Shown here piece after piece: positions 63,330 to 64,000 of a stretch of 64,000 nucleotides of DNA; position 1 is the first letter of the stretch; each line of letters opens with the position of its first letter. The translations under genes were made by a program, and so were the position numbers. This DNA is from Chiloscyllium plagiosum. Lineage: Eukaryota. Location of the stretch: positions 82,755,060-82,819,059 of the forward strand of contig NC_057719.1 of NCBI RefSeq assembly GCF_004010195.1, written 5' to 3'. The notes below the pieces were generated by a model. The model was not told the DNA's origin and did no database searches. It was given only the letters and a program-made list of their open reading frames with translations.

Positions 63330-63641
63330 GTCGCTGATAACAAGGTCTCGTCAGACGAGAACAACCAAATGACTGCCATTCTCTCAGAGACATTTTCTTT
63401 TGTAAGGAAAGAATTGGACTGTCTCCAACATCCAGGACGACAGCCTGGCTCACCCCCCCAGGGGCCAGGCCAGGCGGCCTGTGCCTCTTGCCCGGTGGGT
63501 AGCCCCCCAGCGAAGGGCGACTCCTTAGAGGATGAAAAGACCCTGGCCTTACTTGAGCAGTATTCCGAACGTTTACTCCAGGCTGTGGAGCGAAGGATGG
63601 ATCATAAGCAGCCTGGAGGAAAGGGCAGTGCGGGACTGTGA
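63330..63641 (+). CDS. MAPKBP1: MAPKBP1 last coding exon: VADNKVSS...LLEQYSERLLQAVERRMDHKQPGGKGSAGL*
   Basis: ttcag|GTC...TGA; conserved C-terminal dimerisation helix LLEQYSE.LL.AVERRM. Confidence 0.93.
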   Translation, partial: VADNKVSSDENNQMTAILSETFSFVRKELDCLQHPGRQPGSPPQGPGQAACASCPVGSPPAKGDSLEDEKTLALLEQYSERLLQAVERRMDHKQPGGKGSAGL

Positions 63642-64000
63642 ATATTATGACGCCCAATGTAATCGTGGGGCTTGCACACTCACCTACTGCCCCCCTGCAC
63701 TGAGAACCATTTTAAAAAGAAACCCATTCTTCTCACTGGGCCGGGAGAAATGAAAATCGTACAACACTATCGAGTTGACCTCAACTCACCTCATATTTAA
63801 CCTGGGATGGGTTAAGTTTGATTGTGTAATTGACTGTGAGATACCTTTGTTAACCCCGAATTTTCCTCCGCCTGTAATTGAAGGCTGTAAGGTCAAGTCA
63901 AAGGGGATCATGCCATTTTACTGTTCAGGGTGGCCACCTCCGCTTCTGAAGTGGTCAGTGGAAGCGTCGTCTGTTGAACCTGGAGAGCGACAGGCAGGGA

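Larger units (their letters stand above)
608..63641 (+). other. MAPKBP1: MAPKBP1 gene (5'-truncated in window); 21 coding exons traced, 3' UTR continues past 63641
   Basis: Spliced translation matches recalled vertebrate MAPKBP1 motifs: [95 protein letters not shown]. These C-terminal motifs favour MAPKBP1 over WDR62. Confidence 0.93.

Noticed and set aside
608..63641. WDR62 as the gene identity
   Set aside because: C-terminal motifs (HSPDSACSVDYSSS, SLYHWE, ELSVKSMLDLR, PKPLPDRP) match recalled MAPKBP1; synteny or a tree would be the final test.
63642..64000. Polyadenylation signal
   Set aside because: No AATAAA or ATTAAA seen; the 3' UTR evidently extends beyond the window.

Overview
Eukaryotic (vertebrate) genomic DNA, most likely a cartilaginous fish (shark), inferred from the HE1-type SINE / CR1 LINE / Penelope repeat landscape. 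The window holds the 3' part of one + strand gene, MAPKBP1 (WD40 JNK-binding protein, paralog of WDR62). I traced 21 GT-AG coding exons from 608 to the stop codon at 63641. All splice phases join correctly except 14160->17995, where about 105 conserved residues are missing, probably inside the 500-N gap at 17027-17526. The introns are dominated by transposable elements. Most notable: (1) a decayed but complete Ty1/Copia (GalEa-like) LTR retrotransposon on the - strand (about 52668-58157), with two LTRs, a tRNAi-Met PBS and gag-PR-INT-RT-RH relics, lying between two related 34-bp minisatellite blocks; (2) a set of Penelope-derived short inverted-repeat elements carrying minimal hammerhead-ribozyme cores, plus a Penelope GIY-YIG endonuclease relic; (3) a SINE whose tail abuts the last splice acceptor and may supply its branch point. 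Most ORFs in the supplied track are spurious (microsatellites, N-gaps, TE fragments). Protein and repeat-family assignments come from recalled sequences, not from database searches.
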